Assembly (NCBI GenBank): GCA_012295275.1
Contig: CM022676.1
Coordinates: forward strand, 6,076,001 to 6,140,000
Length of the DNA: 64,000 bases
Direction: 5' to 3'
Source of the DNA: Chrysomallon squamiferum
Lineage: Eukaryota; Animalia; Mollusca
Below are positions 40,936 through 54,733 of this stretch, piece after piece. Position 1 is the first letter of the stretch; every line of letters starts with the position of its first letter. The notes under the pieces are model-generated. The model worked only from the letters and a program-made list of their open reading frames with translations. It ran no database searches and was not told where the DNA came from. Both the position numbers and the translations under genes were made by a program.

Positions 40936-41508
40936 GTAAAGCAGCATTTTTTATTTATTTATTTTTTTTTTTTTTTTTTTTAGTTTCTTCAGATATTTTA
41001 TTTTTATTTTAAGTTGTGTATGTTACATTTCATATTTAAGTATTTTTTCAAGTTGTTTTTCATTTTGGATTTTTTTTTTTTTTTTTTTTTTTGACATCTT
41101 ATTAATTTTCATTAAATAATTAAATATTTTTATTGTTTAAATATTTTCAAAGCAAATGCTGGTATAATTACAGTGGAACTTGAAATTAAAAACATACAAA
41201 TTCTGTTTATGGGGAAGGACGTTTTCTTTGCTAATCTGTAGGAAGAGTCCATGTTTGTCCATTTTTGCAAAACGTATATAAATGACACTTAATTTTAATA
41301 TTTATATGTGTTGCATTTTGAGTTTTTTATCTTTTCATTTCAGTGAATTATTTTAAAATTTAAAATTTTTTAATTATAAAAAATGTGTGTTAAATTTCAT
41401 CTTTCAGTATTTTTTCAAGTTGTTTTTCATTTTGGGGATTTTTTTAAAAAAAATTAAATTGTTTAAATATTTTCAAAGCAAACGAATTATCTCCCTTTTT
41501 TTAATCAG

Positions 41509-41639
41509 AAATGGTGAATCTCCAGTTTCGGAGGAGATGCCAGACTATGCCGGAGAGTCAGACATGGAGGTGAATAGGACGACAGACTGCCCCACCCCAG
41601 ACTCCAGTGTCAATGGGGAGGGGGATGGAAGTTTATCAG
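41509..41639 (+). CDS. robo: Robo cytoplasmic exon
   Basis: aatcag|..|gttggt; NGESPVSEEMPDYAGESDMEVNRTTDCPTPDSSVNGEGDGSLS, phase 2-1. Confidence 0.88.
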
Positions 41640-41919
41640 GTTGGTAAAAAATTTTGTTGATATCATTTTTTTTTTTGAAATTCGGATTTATTTATTTAAG
41701 TAATTTAAAAAAAATCAGATTTGTTTTGTTATAACCAATTTAAGAATTTAAGATTCCAGTAAATTGATATTAACAATTAATTATTATTGTTGTTTTTGTT
41801 ATTATTATTATTATTATTATTATTTTAAATAACATAATTATAATTAAATAAAAATGAAATAATAAGAAAAAAAAAACATTTTAATACAAATCCAACATAA
41901 ATTCGTCTAAATATCTATA

Positions 41920-41973
<54 letters not shown>

Positions 41974-42748
41974 TTCTCTCTCTCTCTGACTATCTATACA
42001 TATATTATAAAATAATTTAAAATCAGTTTAATAAAAAATATATTTTCTCTCTTGGCAAACTAAACTAAAATTCTTGCTAACAAATCTGAAAGAGAATTAA
42101 TCTGAATGCTAAAAAAATTCTCATTTAAAATTGTGAATATCTCTTTCTCTTGATTTTGTTGTGAATTTTTAAAATTATATTTCTTTCTGATGAAAACTGT
42201 CTGTCTGTCTGTCTATCTTTGTACATATGTCTGTAACCTGTAATGTTTTGTGATGAAGTGCTGCTTACCTTTTTGTGAGCCTAAATGGAGCATGTGACTT
42301 GACCAGCCAATCAAAACTGGGGACATAGCATGCGAAATCACCATCCAATCATAATTCATGTTTCATCTGTATCATAAAACCACTGGCTCATTGCATGAAG
42401 TTAAAAGCTTAGACTTTTCTGCAAATTTTTGCAGTTGCTATAGCAACATAATGTCTGGAATTTCAGAACAAACTCTAAAAGTTTCATAAGCAAGAAATTT
42501 GGGATTTTAAAGTAAAATGTGCATGTGTGTTATATTGGTGGTAGTTTTGTGGTGTACAGTTACCTCCCTTTCTGAGCACAAGTTGCTGTATTAATCTATT
42601 TGTTTAATAAAAAATAAAATAAATTTAAAATTTAATTTGATTGAAAAATAAATATCTGAAAGATTTTTTTATTACTGTTGTTATAGTTAAATATTTGAAA
42701 TACAAGATTAGGAAATATAAAAAAAATATTTTAATCATAAAATATTTT

Positions 42749-42833
<85 letters not shown>

Positions 42834-43959
42834 TTTATTTTATTATTATTATATTTATTTTTTATTTTTAAATATTTTATAGCTTTTACATTTCAGTTTT
42901 GTTTTAATTAATTTAAATTACAAAATAATAATAATAATAATAATAAGTAATAAAAAAAGATTAAAAAAAGAAAAAAGATAGTTTACAATAAACAAATAAG
43001 TAAATAACAACCTCCATTTTAAAACAGACAAACCAAAGAAATTATTGTAAGAAATATTTACAAAAGAATAAAAATAATAAAAAAAAAAAAAAAAAAAAAA
43101 GAATGGTATTTCTCAATAACAAAATAACAATTACATTATTGTTGTGCAATGCTAAATAAACTAAAACAATCTGACTTTCATTAACAATTTTTTGCAAATT
43201 AACAGCTCCACAAATTGTAAACTTTGGGTTTGAAAAATGTATGTATAATCTGGTCAGATTTTTTCACAAAATATAAATTTTTAAGTATTTTACTGTTACT
43301 AACAAAATATTGCTTTTTACACAGACTGATTGCATAAAAATTAAATATTGTTTTTTGGCTAATTAACATTTACTGAAAGCCTTTTAATATTTTTAATATT
43401 TTCAATTTATTTATTTTTTTCAGTTTAGTTTTAACATACTAAATACAAAGAATAAATATTGATTATTCAAACAAAATAAAAAATATTAAATGCTTTTTGT
43501 AAAAATAATTTTTATTTATAAAAATTTTTAATGCTACATTCTTTTGGTAATAAAATAAAAATATTTCATATTTTAGTCATTTATGTATTTATTATTATTA
43601 TTATTATTTTTTTTTTTTTTTCAATATATGATAAATGTTATAAAGTCATAGAATTTAATTTCTCCAAAATACTACTAAACAAAACATCATCACATATTAA
43701 AAGACTTTCTTCTGAATAATACTGCTGTCTAAAAACGTATCACATTTAAAAACATAATAATAATAATAACAACAAACTGCTTGAAAATACTGCTTGTTAA
43801 AAAATTGTAAATAATAATATTTCCATAATACTAACTAAATGTCATCTCACATAATAACAATCACATTACTAAAACATTGCTATTTTTCAAAATTAAAATT
43901 CATTTCTCCAGAATATTTCTTATTAAAAAACATATATATATATATATAAACACACACAC

Positions 43960-44242
43960 ATTTCAAAATATTACTTACTAAGAAATTGTCATGAATAAAT
44001 AATTGCATTAAGCTACTACATAATTAAAAATGTCTTTTTTCAAAATACTACTTACTAAATAATACATGTAATAATAATAATAATAATTGCATTAACCAAC
44101 TATATAATTAATTTTTCAAAATACTGCTTACTATAAAGTCTTCATATTAATAATAATAATAATAACTGTATTAAGATATCACATACTAAATTTTTTTTTT
44201 TTTGAAAATAATACTTGCCTAAAAGTTATCATACATAACAAC

Positions 44243-44278
<36 letters not shown>

Positions 44279-44550
44279 TGTATTAAGATATATCACATAT
44301 TAATTTTTTTTATTCAAAATACTACTGACTAAAAAGTTATCATACATAATAATAATAATAATAATAATAATAACTGCATTAACATACACCACAAATTAAT
44401 ATTTTTTTATTCAAAATACTACTTACTAAAAAGTCATCATACATAATAATAATAACAACTGCATTAAGATATACCACATTTTTTTTTTTTCTTTTTTTAA
44501 TTTTAATATTTTTCAAAATACTACTTACTAAAAAGTCATCGTATATAAAC
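43960..44550. repeat. Degenerate ~80-110-bp tandem repeat with variable (AAT)n core, ending about 25 nt before an exon acceptor
   Basis: caaaatactacttactaaaaagtcatcatacataataat..aactgcattaagata units. Confidence 0.88.
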
Positions 44551-44573
44551 TATTGGTCCTGTCCTTGCTCTAG

Positions 44574-44771
44574 GCTCACTTCTTGCATCTTGGTGCAGCG
44601 GTACCGAGCAAAGCATTACAACCACTAATAGTACTCAGTCTAGTGACGAAAGCTCTAGCGATGATTCCTTTCTTGCTGCAGAAACGGATTTTGCTACTGC
44701 AGTAGCCAGAGCGGCAGAGTTGTCTGGCATGACTGTTGTGGGTACCACGGTAACAGACCCAAAAGCTGGCA
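44574..44771 (+). CDS. robo: Robo cytoplasmic exon with conserved DFAxAVA segment (absent from the ORF track)
   Basis: ctctag|..|gtaagt; GSLLASWCSGTEQSITTTNSTQSSDESSSDDSFLAAETDFATAVARAAELSGMTVVGTTVTDPKAG. Resembles vertebrate ROBO1 [22 protein letters not shown] (from memory). Confidence 0.94.
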
Positions 44772-44981
44772 GTAAGTTTGTTAAGACTTTACTTGGGAAC
44801 GTGGCTGGGAAATTTGTGGGGAATTTAAAAATAAATATGTATATTATTATTTTTTTATTATTTTTTTTTTTAATGCTTTGAGTAAATTATTATTGGGGGG
44901 TATGTTTTTTTTTATTTATTATTTATTTATTTATTTATTTATGATTTAGTTATTTATTTATTTATTTATTATTTTTTTTTT

Positions 44982-45022
<41 letters not shown>

Positions 45023-46720
45023 ATATTTATTTATTTATTTATATATATTTATTTATTATTATTGTTATTATTATCATGATTATTATTTTTCTTCATTTTT
45101 ATTATTATTATTATTTCTTATTATTTATTTATTTTATTATATTTCGACGTTTTATACAAACTTTAAAGAAATTGTTAATTATATTTAATTATAATTTTTC
45201 TATATATATTTTATTATTTATTTACTTAAAATCCCAAAGAAAAGCAAAATAAAATAATAATAATAATAATATAAATAAATAAATAAAAATCTGAATGCAC
45301 TGATTTATCATTAAACATTTATTCATTTCATTCATTCATTTATTCATTTTGTTCATTAGAATGCCATTGTTGCTTATGAAACATTTAGAGTTGCAGTCAT
45401 TTTTGATTATTCATTTAGTTTCGAAACCTAGTATATCATTTTTAGTAGTTTTTAAAATTACATATAGCTAACAAATTTAGAAGTAGTACTTTAGCTGGCA
45501 TCTAGATTCTATATTTTTTATCTTTTATAAAAATTTTAATGCTTCTTTTAAGCTTTTATGCTGCTAAATAGATTTTGGGTGTTAAAAAATGAAATAGAGT
45601 TTTGAGGTTTAAGGGCTGTTTTTTTTTTCTTTTGATTATATTTATTCTTTTTTATTTTATTTTATTTATTTATTTATTTTTTTATTTAGGTGAGCAGTTT
45701 TAGAGTAAGGCCATATAGTCATATAAACAGAATTTTAAGGTTAAAATTAAAATTAAATTAAATATAATTTATATTTTTTTCTGTATGGTTTAAAGTTGAT
45801 ATATGCCATGGGCAATGGATAAAGAGACACAAGATTATAAATTGAGTTTGAGCTCAGGCTTTGAGTTTGAGTTAAATTTATGGCCCATGAGTCATAAGCT
45901 GTTTTATGTGCAGAAATTTCTTAATTTTCTGTTTGCTGCATGTAAAGTTATTTAAAAAAAAAAAAAGAAAAAAACTTTTCCTTTCTAATTTTTTTCCAAA
46001 TAAAACATTTTTATATTTTATTTCATTTTTTTTTTTCTTCTGTTTGTGGCCCTTTGAGTTACTTAATAATTGTTTGATAACAATAAAAAATTAATAATAA
46101 TAATAATAATAATAATAATTAATATATGAAGTAATGTAAAATAAAATAACATAAAATCATTTTCTTTGAAAGAAATTATTACTGTCAAAAGACATGACAT
46201 AAAAAAATCTTGCGACTGCCATTTTGGTAAAAAGGTCAAATTGAAAATTATCTAACTGCTAAGAATTTCTGCAATTGTAGCAAGTGTTTGGAATGAATTT
46301 AAATACATTTTTAGTAAAATTATTTGTTTTTGTTTGGGTTTTATCTCTGTAAGCATTTTTCTTCTTTTTTTTGAAAAATAATGCTCAAAAGTGATTTATA
46401 ATTTATTTATTTATTTTTTTTTTTTTAAAGTGGAACATTTTGTTCAGGACACCAGTACAACGATTTTTGAAAATAATCAGTTTACTTTGATATCTTGTGG
46501 ATATTTTATCTAAGAAGATATTTTATTTATTTTTAATCAATGGATTCCTGTGACAGTTACAAAGATTATTAATTTTGTATGATTACAGACTTTAATTGTA
46601 TTTGTTAATCATCTATAATTATCTAAAACAAACTCTAATAGATCAGTGCATCCACAACTGATTTCTGAATTATACATAATTTTACGTTATTATGATTGGA
46701 AAATTAACTATTAATTGCAG

Positions 46721-46849
46721 ACAAGAAGTATAGAAAACATCATCGACAACAACGGCCAACGAGTCCTTACAGTACTGATAGCAACTACAGTGCTGTTGTT
46801 CACCGTCCCTATCCACGGTCACAACGAAAGAAGCAGCTTGTAGATCAAG
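46721..46849 (+). CDS. robo: Robo cytoplasmic exon with RPTSPxSTDSN motif
   Basis: ttgcag|..|gtcagt; NKKYRKHHRQQRPTSPYSTDSNYSAVVHRPYPRSQRKKQLVDQ. RPTSP.STDSN is shared with vertebrate ROBO1/2. Confidence 0.93.
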
Positions 46850-46970
46850 GTCAGTTTTGTTTTACTGGCAGCCATGTTTGATGTTCTGCTAAGTACTTTC
46901 CTTCTTTTTAAGATTACCAGCCATTCTGGAAATTAATTGAGTATTTTTTGTTTTCTTATGTCTCTAGATT

Positions 46971-47001
<31 letters not shown>

Positions 47002-47467
47002 TGTATTTATTTATTTATTTTATTTTATTTTATTTTATTTTGCTTTAATGCATTTTATTTTTATTATTATTAATTAGATTTATATTTTTATTAATTTGTT
47101 TTAATTAATTAACTTTTTTATTATTATTTATTTATTTATTATCTACCTTTTGAATTTTTTTTTTTTATACAAGATTTACTAATTGTTGTTTATTATGTTG
47201 CATTTTAATAAATAATAAAAGTGTGCGGTGATATTTATTTTCTTAAACAATAATTTTAATAATTTCTCAATTTCATCTTTTCTTACAATCAAATTTTCTC
47301 TTTTTAGCTTTCTTTATAATTTGCTTATTTATTTATTTATTTATTTATTTTTAACTTTCTAGAAATCTTTTTCAATCTGATTATCTGTTTCTGCTTTTTA
47401 GTACTAGCAGCTGCATTTTTCAAACACATTTAACAACCTGCTTTCCTATTGGTCGATTATTTTCTAG

Positions 47468-47563
47468 AATATATGAACATGTCTGCTATTGGTCCACGTA
47501 AAAGCATTGTAATGAATAATGCACCCAAGCCATTTCTGCAAGGAACTGCTTCAGAACAATTGG
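47468..47563 (+). CDS. robo: Candidate 96-nt cassette exon (YMNM)
   Basis: tttctag|..|gtattt; open, phase 1-1: EYMNMSAIGPRKSIVMNNAPKPFLQGTASEQL. The donor is weak. Confidence 0.55.
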
Positions 47564-47640
47564 GTATTTGACATAAATGTTGTTGAATGGAACCCAATGT
47601 TTTGCTGTCTTCAGTACCCATAATTCTTTGGGATTGTGAA

Positions 47641-47671
<31 letters not shown>

Positions 47672-47755
47672 ATATGTCCATCTTGCTTTTCCTATGTTTA
47701 CTTCATTCTGTATTTTGTCCCATCATTATTATTATCAATATATAACATTTTTATC

Positions 47756-47795
<40 letters not shown>

Positions 47796-48855
47796 GGTTG
47801 GTGGGTGTGAGAGAGAGAGTGTATGTGTGTGTTTGTGAGTATGTGAATATGTGTAGGGAAATATCTGGATAATTTAAAATACATTTGATTTAACGGTAAC
47901 TGCACTAACAAAATTTGCAAATAATTTCATCCCAAAAAACCTGTAAATTTTTCATGAATACCTGGAAAAAATGATGTTTATTTATTCAAAAGAGCATGTC
48001 AATTCATTAGACAGTTTCATAAATAAAATATAAAATATTACTCATTCTTCTTTTTTAATGAAGTCAAATGCAGTATTTAATTTTATAATTCAAGGGTTTA
48101 TGTATATCTAGCTTTTCCTGATTGATATCCTGATCATCCCATTCTGTACTAACCAACATTTTAACCAGCTTAAAGTTGTTTTGTGTTGTTATCTTTAACA
48201 ACAGTTTTTATTTATTTATTTACTAACTTGAGTGTTTATTTATTGTTGGTATTATTAATATTATCATTATGTTATTGTTATTGTTATTATTTTCATTATG
48301 ATAAGTGTTATTATTATTATTAATTTCATTATTAATATACAACATATTCATTGCTTAAATTTCATTTATATGTTTTTATTATTCAAACTGAATTTTTTCA
48401 GTTATTTTTAATTATTAATGAGCAGTATTTTTAATTATAAGTATATAAGTAAAAGTAGTATTTTTATTTATTTATTTTTAAAATTGTTCTGGTTTACTAA
48501 TTTACTTATTAATTTACTTACTAGTTTGCTTATTAATAATTCAGTCAATACAATAAAAAAATTTAAAAAAATAAATTCCATTTAACAAGAACTAAAAACC
48601 CAGTCAACCATTTCCATAAAGTGCTATGGGCTGACAACTCTGTATTCTGAATTATCTTCCTTAGACATGTATATTTTTAACAGCTTTGCAAATACTAAGC
48701 TACAAGTTTATCTTTATATATATATATTTATTTTTTATTTATTTATTTTTTTTAAATTAAATTAATCAAAATATCTTTGATTAAAAACCGTTATTAATAC
48801 AAAAATTATTTCTTTTCTGTAAATTTATTTTAAAATTATTTTATTTTAATTACAG

Positions 48856-48933
48856 GTAAAAGATATGGTAACAGAAAGACAGATAGTAATACTTCCTGTT
48901 GTAGTCACAGTATGGCTGACATGCCTCATAATG
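48856..48933 (+). CDS. robo: Robo cytoplasmic exon (78 nt, symmetric)
   Basis: ttacag|..|gtaagt; GKRYGNRKTDSNTSCCSHSMADMPHN. Confidence 0.82.
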
Positions 48934-51903
48934 GTAAGTATTCTAGAGTCAATTAACCAAGAGCAGATAACCAGTGTGCACCAGACAAAACCATATGAAA
49001 CAAAAACCTGTACTTATCTCCCTTGGCCTAAAGAGCAGAATTGTGAAGGAAATGGAAATTAAATTTTGGTTATTTTCTTAATTTTATTATTATTGTTATT
49101 TTGTTTTACTTTATTGTGCTTTATTTTATTTTCTTATATTTTTTTAATTTATTTAATTTAATTTATTTTTATTTTTTTTATTTACTTTTTCTTATTTATT
49201 TTTATAATGTTTATATAAATTACCTTATTTATAATGATTTTACTTTTCTCCTTTATTACTACAGTTATGCAGTTTGCCCCACCCCCCCCCCCGACTGTGT
49301 ATTTAATTACAGAGTTTTAATTTAAATTTTCAGGTTTTTGTTTTATGGTTTCATTGGTTGTTATTTTTTTAGACTGCTTAAAAATGAATCACCACTAGTG
49401 CATTGAGTCAGAATAATGTTTTCTAAAAAAAAGATTTTGATTTTGTTTTATCAGCTCCAGATGGTTTTTTTTTTTTGCTCATAGCATGAAGGTATTTTTG
49501 TTCTAACATCATTAATCATTAATATAATTAAGCTTTTTCATAAATAACATCAAATTTACTAAATTTACTACATTTTAATTTGCAAGGCTTCGCATTTTTG
49601 CATTAATTATTTCATAAATAAGTTACATAAATAGAGTTTTAAAAAAAAATACTAAAAAAATTAAAATTTAGGACCAAGTTACGTTTCAGAAATGTGTGAC
49701 CATATTAACAAAATAATAATTAGATACTAGGATAATTAAAATTGACATAATTATCGTCTACAATTTCTTTTTTTTTTAATATAATCAAAATTTGAAAACT
49801 AAAAAAATATTAATAATTTTCATACATCTAACAGTTTGAAAATAAACCTTAAAATAAAAATACTTGTTCCCTTACCTGTTTTTATTTTATTTTTTAATTT
49901 TTATTTTTTTTAGTTACCTTAATTAAAACTAAATAGATTAGTAAATATTTAACAAATGAGTGAACTAAAATTAGATAATAAATTTTTTAATTAATATTTT
50001 TAAAATAATAATAAATTAACAGTTTTAAATTAATATTTATGATTTCTTTTTTGATACTAGCCATTAAAATAATAATATTAATTGAATTACAAAATGATTT
50101 TATTGTTTAATTATAAAATAATAACATCTATTTAAAATTATATTAATATATGTTTTTAATACTTACAATAAAATAGTAAATTAAAAATAATAATTTATTA
50201 ATTTAATTATTTTTTTAAATGAATTTTAGAAGTAAAAATAAATTACATTTTTTTTAGTAAAATATATTAATAACTATTGTTATATGAAATAAAAAATGTT
50301 ATTATTATTGTTATATAAAAGATAAATAAATATTTATATAACAGTGTAATTGTTGCTATGCTGTCTATTCCATACATGCACATAGTAACTGAAATTGCAC
50401 ACAAATATGGAACAAACCTTTCAAAAAAATAAAATAAAAATAAAATAAAATAAAATAAAATAAAATTCAGAAATAAATGAAAATATTTTTAAAAGCCAGT
50501 AACAATTTTAAAAAACCCAAAACCAAACCCCCAAGGAACTAAACAAAATTTAAAACTTATTTCAAACTTTATGAATGGGCAGAAAATACAAAAGTTTCAT
50601 CTTTAGAACTGTATTTGTAAAATTATAATCTGAATATTAATGATTTTATATAATGTAACAGAATTATACAGCTCTTTAATATTTTTGTTTTTATTCATCC
50701 TGAAATGAAAATAAATTATAAAGTTTGTTTTTTGAAAGGTTTGTTCCTAAGGTTTGTTCCAGTGAGATTATAAGGGGAGGTAATCTTTCCTGGAGCAGGC
50801 CCTTAAGATGTATTTCATTTATGCTGTATGCTTGTGGGTCAAAGGCAAAAACCAAAACTGGTTTGGGTAGTCCATGTTTTCTCTGCTTTTATATATTAAA
50901 AAAATTAAAATGAAACAAAAGTCTTAAACTTTAATAATTATCTTTAAAAAAACATTTATGAATAAGTAAATATAAAGCATTAATTTTTAAATAAATAAAT
51001 AAATAAGTAAACTATCTAAGATGTTTAAACATATAAAATTGGAATCTTAAAATTTAATAATTGTAATCAGAATAGATAATAAATATAAAATAACAGAGAT
51101 GAATTAATTAAAATAAATATTAATTTTAATAAATGAAATAAAAACAAAATAAATTAAAAAAAAACTTTTATAAAATAATAACAATAACTTAATAAATAAA
51201 TAAATATTTTAAAACCCAAAATAAAATTATCTAACACAAAATATTGGTTAAATATAAAAAACAAGAATTCAAAATATTACATGTACGTAAACCATAAAAC
51301 TCAAAGCTAAAAACTGAACTCAAGAGTTTAAAATAAAGATTATCAAATTATAAATGCAAATCAGTTTTAAAAAAGGAAAAGAAGAAATAATAAATAAGAA
51401 TCAGAAATAAGTTTATAAACCATAAATATCAATAACAGAATTCTTACAATGCATCTAATTATTAAATTTATAATAGAGAAACCTGTTTCTCTAAATATTA
51501 TTATTTTAAAACTCCTTAAACAATGATTATAAAATTTAATAAATAAATAAAATAAGTAAAAATATAAAGATTCAAATATAAGAATATTATTATTTTTAAA
51601 AACAATTAATAATAAATATAAAATAATTAAATATTTATCATGCTCATAATTAAATTTAAAAAATATATATATAAAACAAAATTTAAAAAATAATTTTAAT
51701 AAAAACCCAAAGTAAATTACATAACAACAAATAAAACATTAATAACACACAAAAATAAAAAAAAATATATATATATAAACCATAAAAAAAAAAAAAAAAT
51801 TATTAACTATATTTTTTCATTATTTCCAATCATTCCACTAACAATCAAACCTTTTTCTCTGAAAAATTTCTCTTACCAAAAAATCCAAAATGGCTACCCA
51901 AAC

Positions 51904-51936
<33 letters not shown>

Positions 51937-51998
51937 GTACGTAATCCAGATGCCTTGCTTTTTGTTTTCCTTCATTGCTTGTGATCCTTGCTTTTCAG

Positions 51999-52204
51999 TG
52001 GCTGCTCTCCCCATGTACAATCGACCTCTCTTCCCTCACCCCTCTTTCTCACACCCTGGATCCTCCCAGGGTAGGGCAGACTTTCAAAACGGTTACTCAT
52101 CACCAAACAGTGGAATTTATGACACAGGACATATCTATGAGGGTATTATTTATGGTCAGGCTAAAGTGCAGCCCAATTGTAGCCCCTACCATACCCAGAA
52201 CGAT
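51999..52204 (+). CDS. robo: Robo penultimate coding exon (reads through to TGA 52223-52225 if unspliced)
   Basis: tttcag|..GAT|gtgagt; VAALPMYNRPLFPHPSFSHPGSSQGRADFQNGYSSPNSGIYDTGHIYEGIIYGQAKVQPNCSPYHTQND. LPMYNRPLFP resembles ROBO1 LPYCRPTFP. Confidence 0.88.
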
Positions 52205-52239
52205 GTGAGTAAAATATGCAAGTGATGATGTTGTTGAAT

Positions 52240-52580
52240 AAATGATTGTGTGTCATGATGAATAAATTATGTAAATGAGAGAGGTGATAAATTATGTACA
52301 CGAAAGAGGTAAGTTTATGTAAAAAGGGCTATTGATGTGTTTGGTAACTGAAAGGTTAATAAATTATGTAAATGTTTCATGAATAAATTATGTAAATGAA
52401 AGAGGTATTAATACGTTTGGTAACTGAAAGGTTAATAAATTATGTAGATGAGTAAATGAATGAATTTGATAAATGAAACGTGAGAATAAATTACGTAAAT
52501 GTTTCATGAATAAATTATGTAAATGAATCATGAATGCTTTATATGAATCAAAAAGGTAAATAAATTATGCAAATGAAAAA
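52240..52580. repeat. Degenerate gaataaattatgtaaatg repeats
   Basis: About 7 imperfect copies. Confidence 0.75.
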
Positions 52581-52630
52581 GTGATGGTAGTAATTAGCTA
52601 ACAACAAACAGCATGATGTAAATTAAAAGA

Positions 52631-52661
<31 letters not shown>

Positions 52662-52684
52662 TTTAAAATAAAAAATAAAGAAAG

Positions 52685-52760
52685 ATTCAAAGAGCACGTT
52701 GTTACTGCAACCACCTCTGTATATTCAAAGAGCACGTTGTTACTGCAACCACCTCTGTAT
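52685..52760. repeat. Perfect 38-bp tandem duplication
   Basis: attcaaagagcacgttgttactgcaaccacctctgtat x2. Confidence 0.93.
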
Positions 52761-53591
52761 AAGTGCATTTCTGAAAAGCTGTTTAAAAAAATCATAGCTT
52801 GTGACTTAGAAATGATATTATTGTAATTATAATCATACTGTCATTGACTGTTGATGTGCATCCATGCATTAAATGTTGACTATGGTTGTGTAGTTTTGGT
52901 TGTACAGTTGGCATATTTTCAGTTAACATAAAGTATGCTTGCAAATATATGCATATAAATGAAACATAAATTGTACATTTTTAAAGATATTTTTTAAAGT
53001 ATGGTAAATGACAATATTGCATCATATAGTTGATTACATTTACAAATGTTACACTTAATGTAAAATATGTGCTTAGTGTTACAAGAATTACTGTTTTAGT
53101 AATATTTAGGTTACATTTACATGTACCATGTAGTTTTGATAATATTGTAAAATAATGTTTAATATTTTTGAACGTATGGGTTATAGTTACATGTAGCGTT
53201 ACATTGTAGAGAGGGTAATAGTTAAAGTGTTACAAATACAGGTTACAGTTACTGTCAAGATACAGTTACACGCAGATATCACAAAAGTTACTTTTTAAAA
53301 TGGTATAATATTGTTAAGTATCATTATTGTTACACACAATATGAGTTACTGTTACAAGTTAAAATTGTTATTCTGCAGATACTGGTTACAGACATTGGTT
53401 ACAAATGTAACATTTATGGTACAAAATATATAAAATTTGAAAAAAAAAAAAATAATAATATTAGGAAACCATGAATATTTTTTATACAAATTAAACATTA
53501 ACAAAGAATTATTTGAAAATAAATATATATATAAAATAAAATTTTAATGTTAATACTTACTTTTTTTTTTTTTTTTTTTTTCTTCCAATAG

Positions 53592-53606
53592 ATTCCCATA
53601 GTGTAG
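53592..53606 (+). CDS. robo: Probable terminal coding exon IPIV-stop, followed by 3'UTR
   Basis: Branch-like tacttac, a T-run of more than 20 nt, then cttccaatag|ATT CCC ATA GTG TAG. Phase 0 matches the donor at 52204. Confidence 0.65.
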   Translation: MPIV

Positions 53607-54696
53607 AAAAGTCTTGAGCAGATACAGGATCTGGTTAAAAATTGTTTTTCAATATGGAGAAGTTCAACAACAAAGATGGATGGTTGTCATGGTTACAGGT
53701 TGTTGTTGTTGTTCTTATTTCTCCATTGAAGAGGCAAATCAGGAGCTTGGACCAAAGTTTGCCCCAAAGGAGCTGGGAATAAAAAAATATCTAGCTTAAA
53801 CATTAAAAATATTCATAACCACCTGAAATAATAAGGTATCTCATTAATCACTATGGAAACCAAATGTAAATGTGTAACTGTTTTCTGTGAAAAAAACAAC
53901 AAAAAACCCACACAAAATGGCTGCAAAGACGTTGGAGGCTTGTTTTTTAAATTGGCTGCATGGATGAGCAGAACTGACATATCCAGTGAAATTCCTGTGT
54001 TAACAAAACTTTGTTTTCAAAGATTTTTTAAAAATTGTTACAAGTAAAGGAGACAAATTGAGAGAAAAATGGATTAAAATTTCCAAAATGGCAGTGTTGA
54101 ATTGGATGGAAATAATTGTTCAGAACTGACATATCCAAGACCAAAATCATTTGTATAGAAACCAGATTTCATTTACAAAACTTTGATGTTCTGTCTCCAT
54201 GGAAACGAGATGGAGTCTGTAAAAATATTATATTGGTTGTTGAAGATCAGGTGTTCAATCTCCATGGAAACCAGAAAGATGTCATAAAAGTAATATATTG
54301 GCTGTTGAAGATTAGATGTTCTGTCTCCATGGAAACAAAATGGTTGGATGCTGTAAAAATAATGTTCTGACTGTTGAAAATCTGATATTCTGTTATCCCT
54401 AGATAAGTAAAATGGCTGCCAGTATCTCAGAAATAGCTAATAGTGTTTCTTTAGAAATAATGTGACTGTTATTGTTTTTTTGAAACAACATCATTACTAG
54501 CGTTTCCATGGAAATAGTAAAGCCACTATAAATTATATATATGCTTATAAGCCTAATCTCAATCATATATGTCTGTGATATAGATATAAGGACTTTTAAA
54601 AAAAAAAAAAAAAACTGTTTTTAAACAGGTTGAGAAGAGGAAATTTTGTAAGCAGCTTTCTTATATGTAAATCTTTTTTCATTCTTTTTTTTAAAT

Positions 54697-54733
<37 letters not shown>

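Noticed and set aside
51930-51998. Poly-T plus tag acceptor at 51937 as an alternative start of the 51999 exon
   Set aside because: The 61-nt offset is out of frame and reaches a TGA before 51999.
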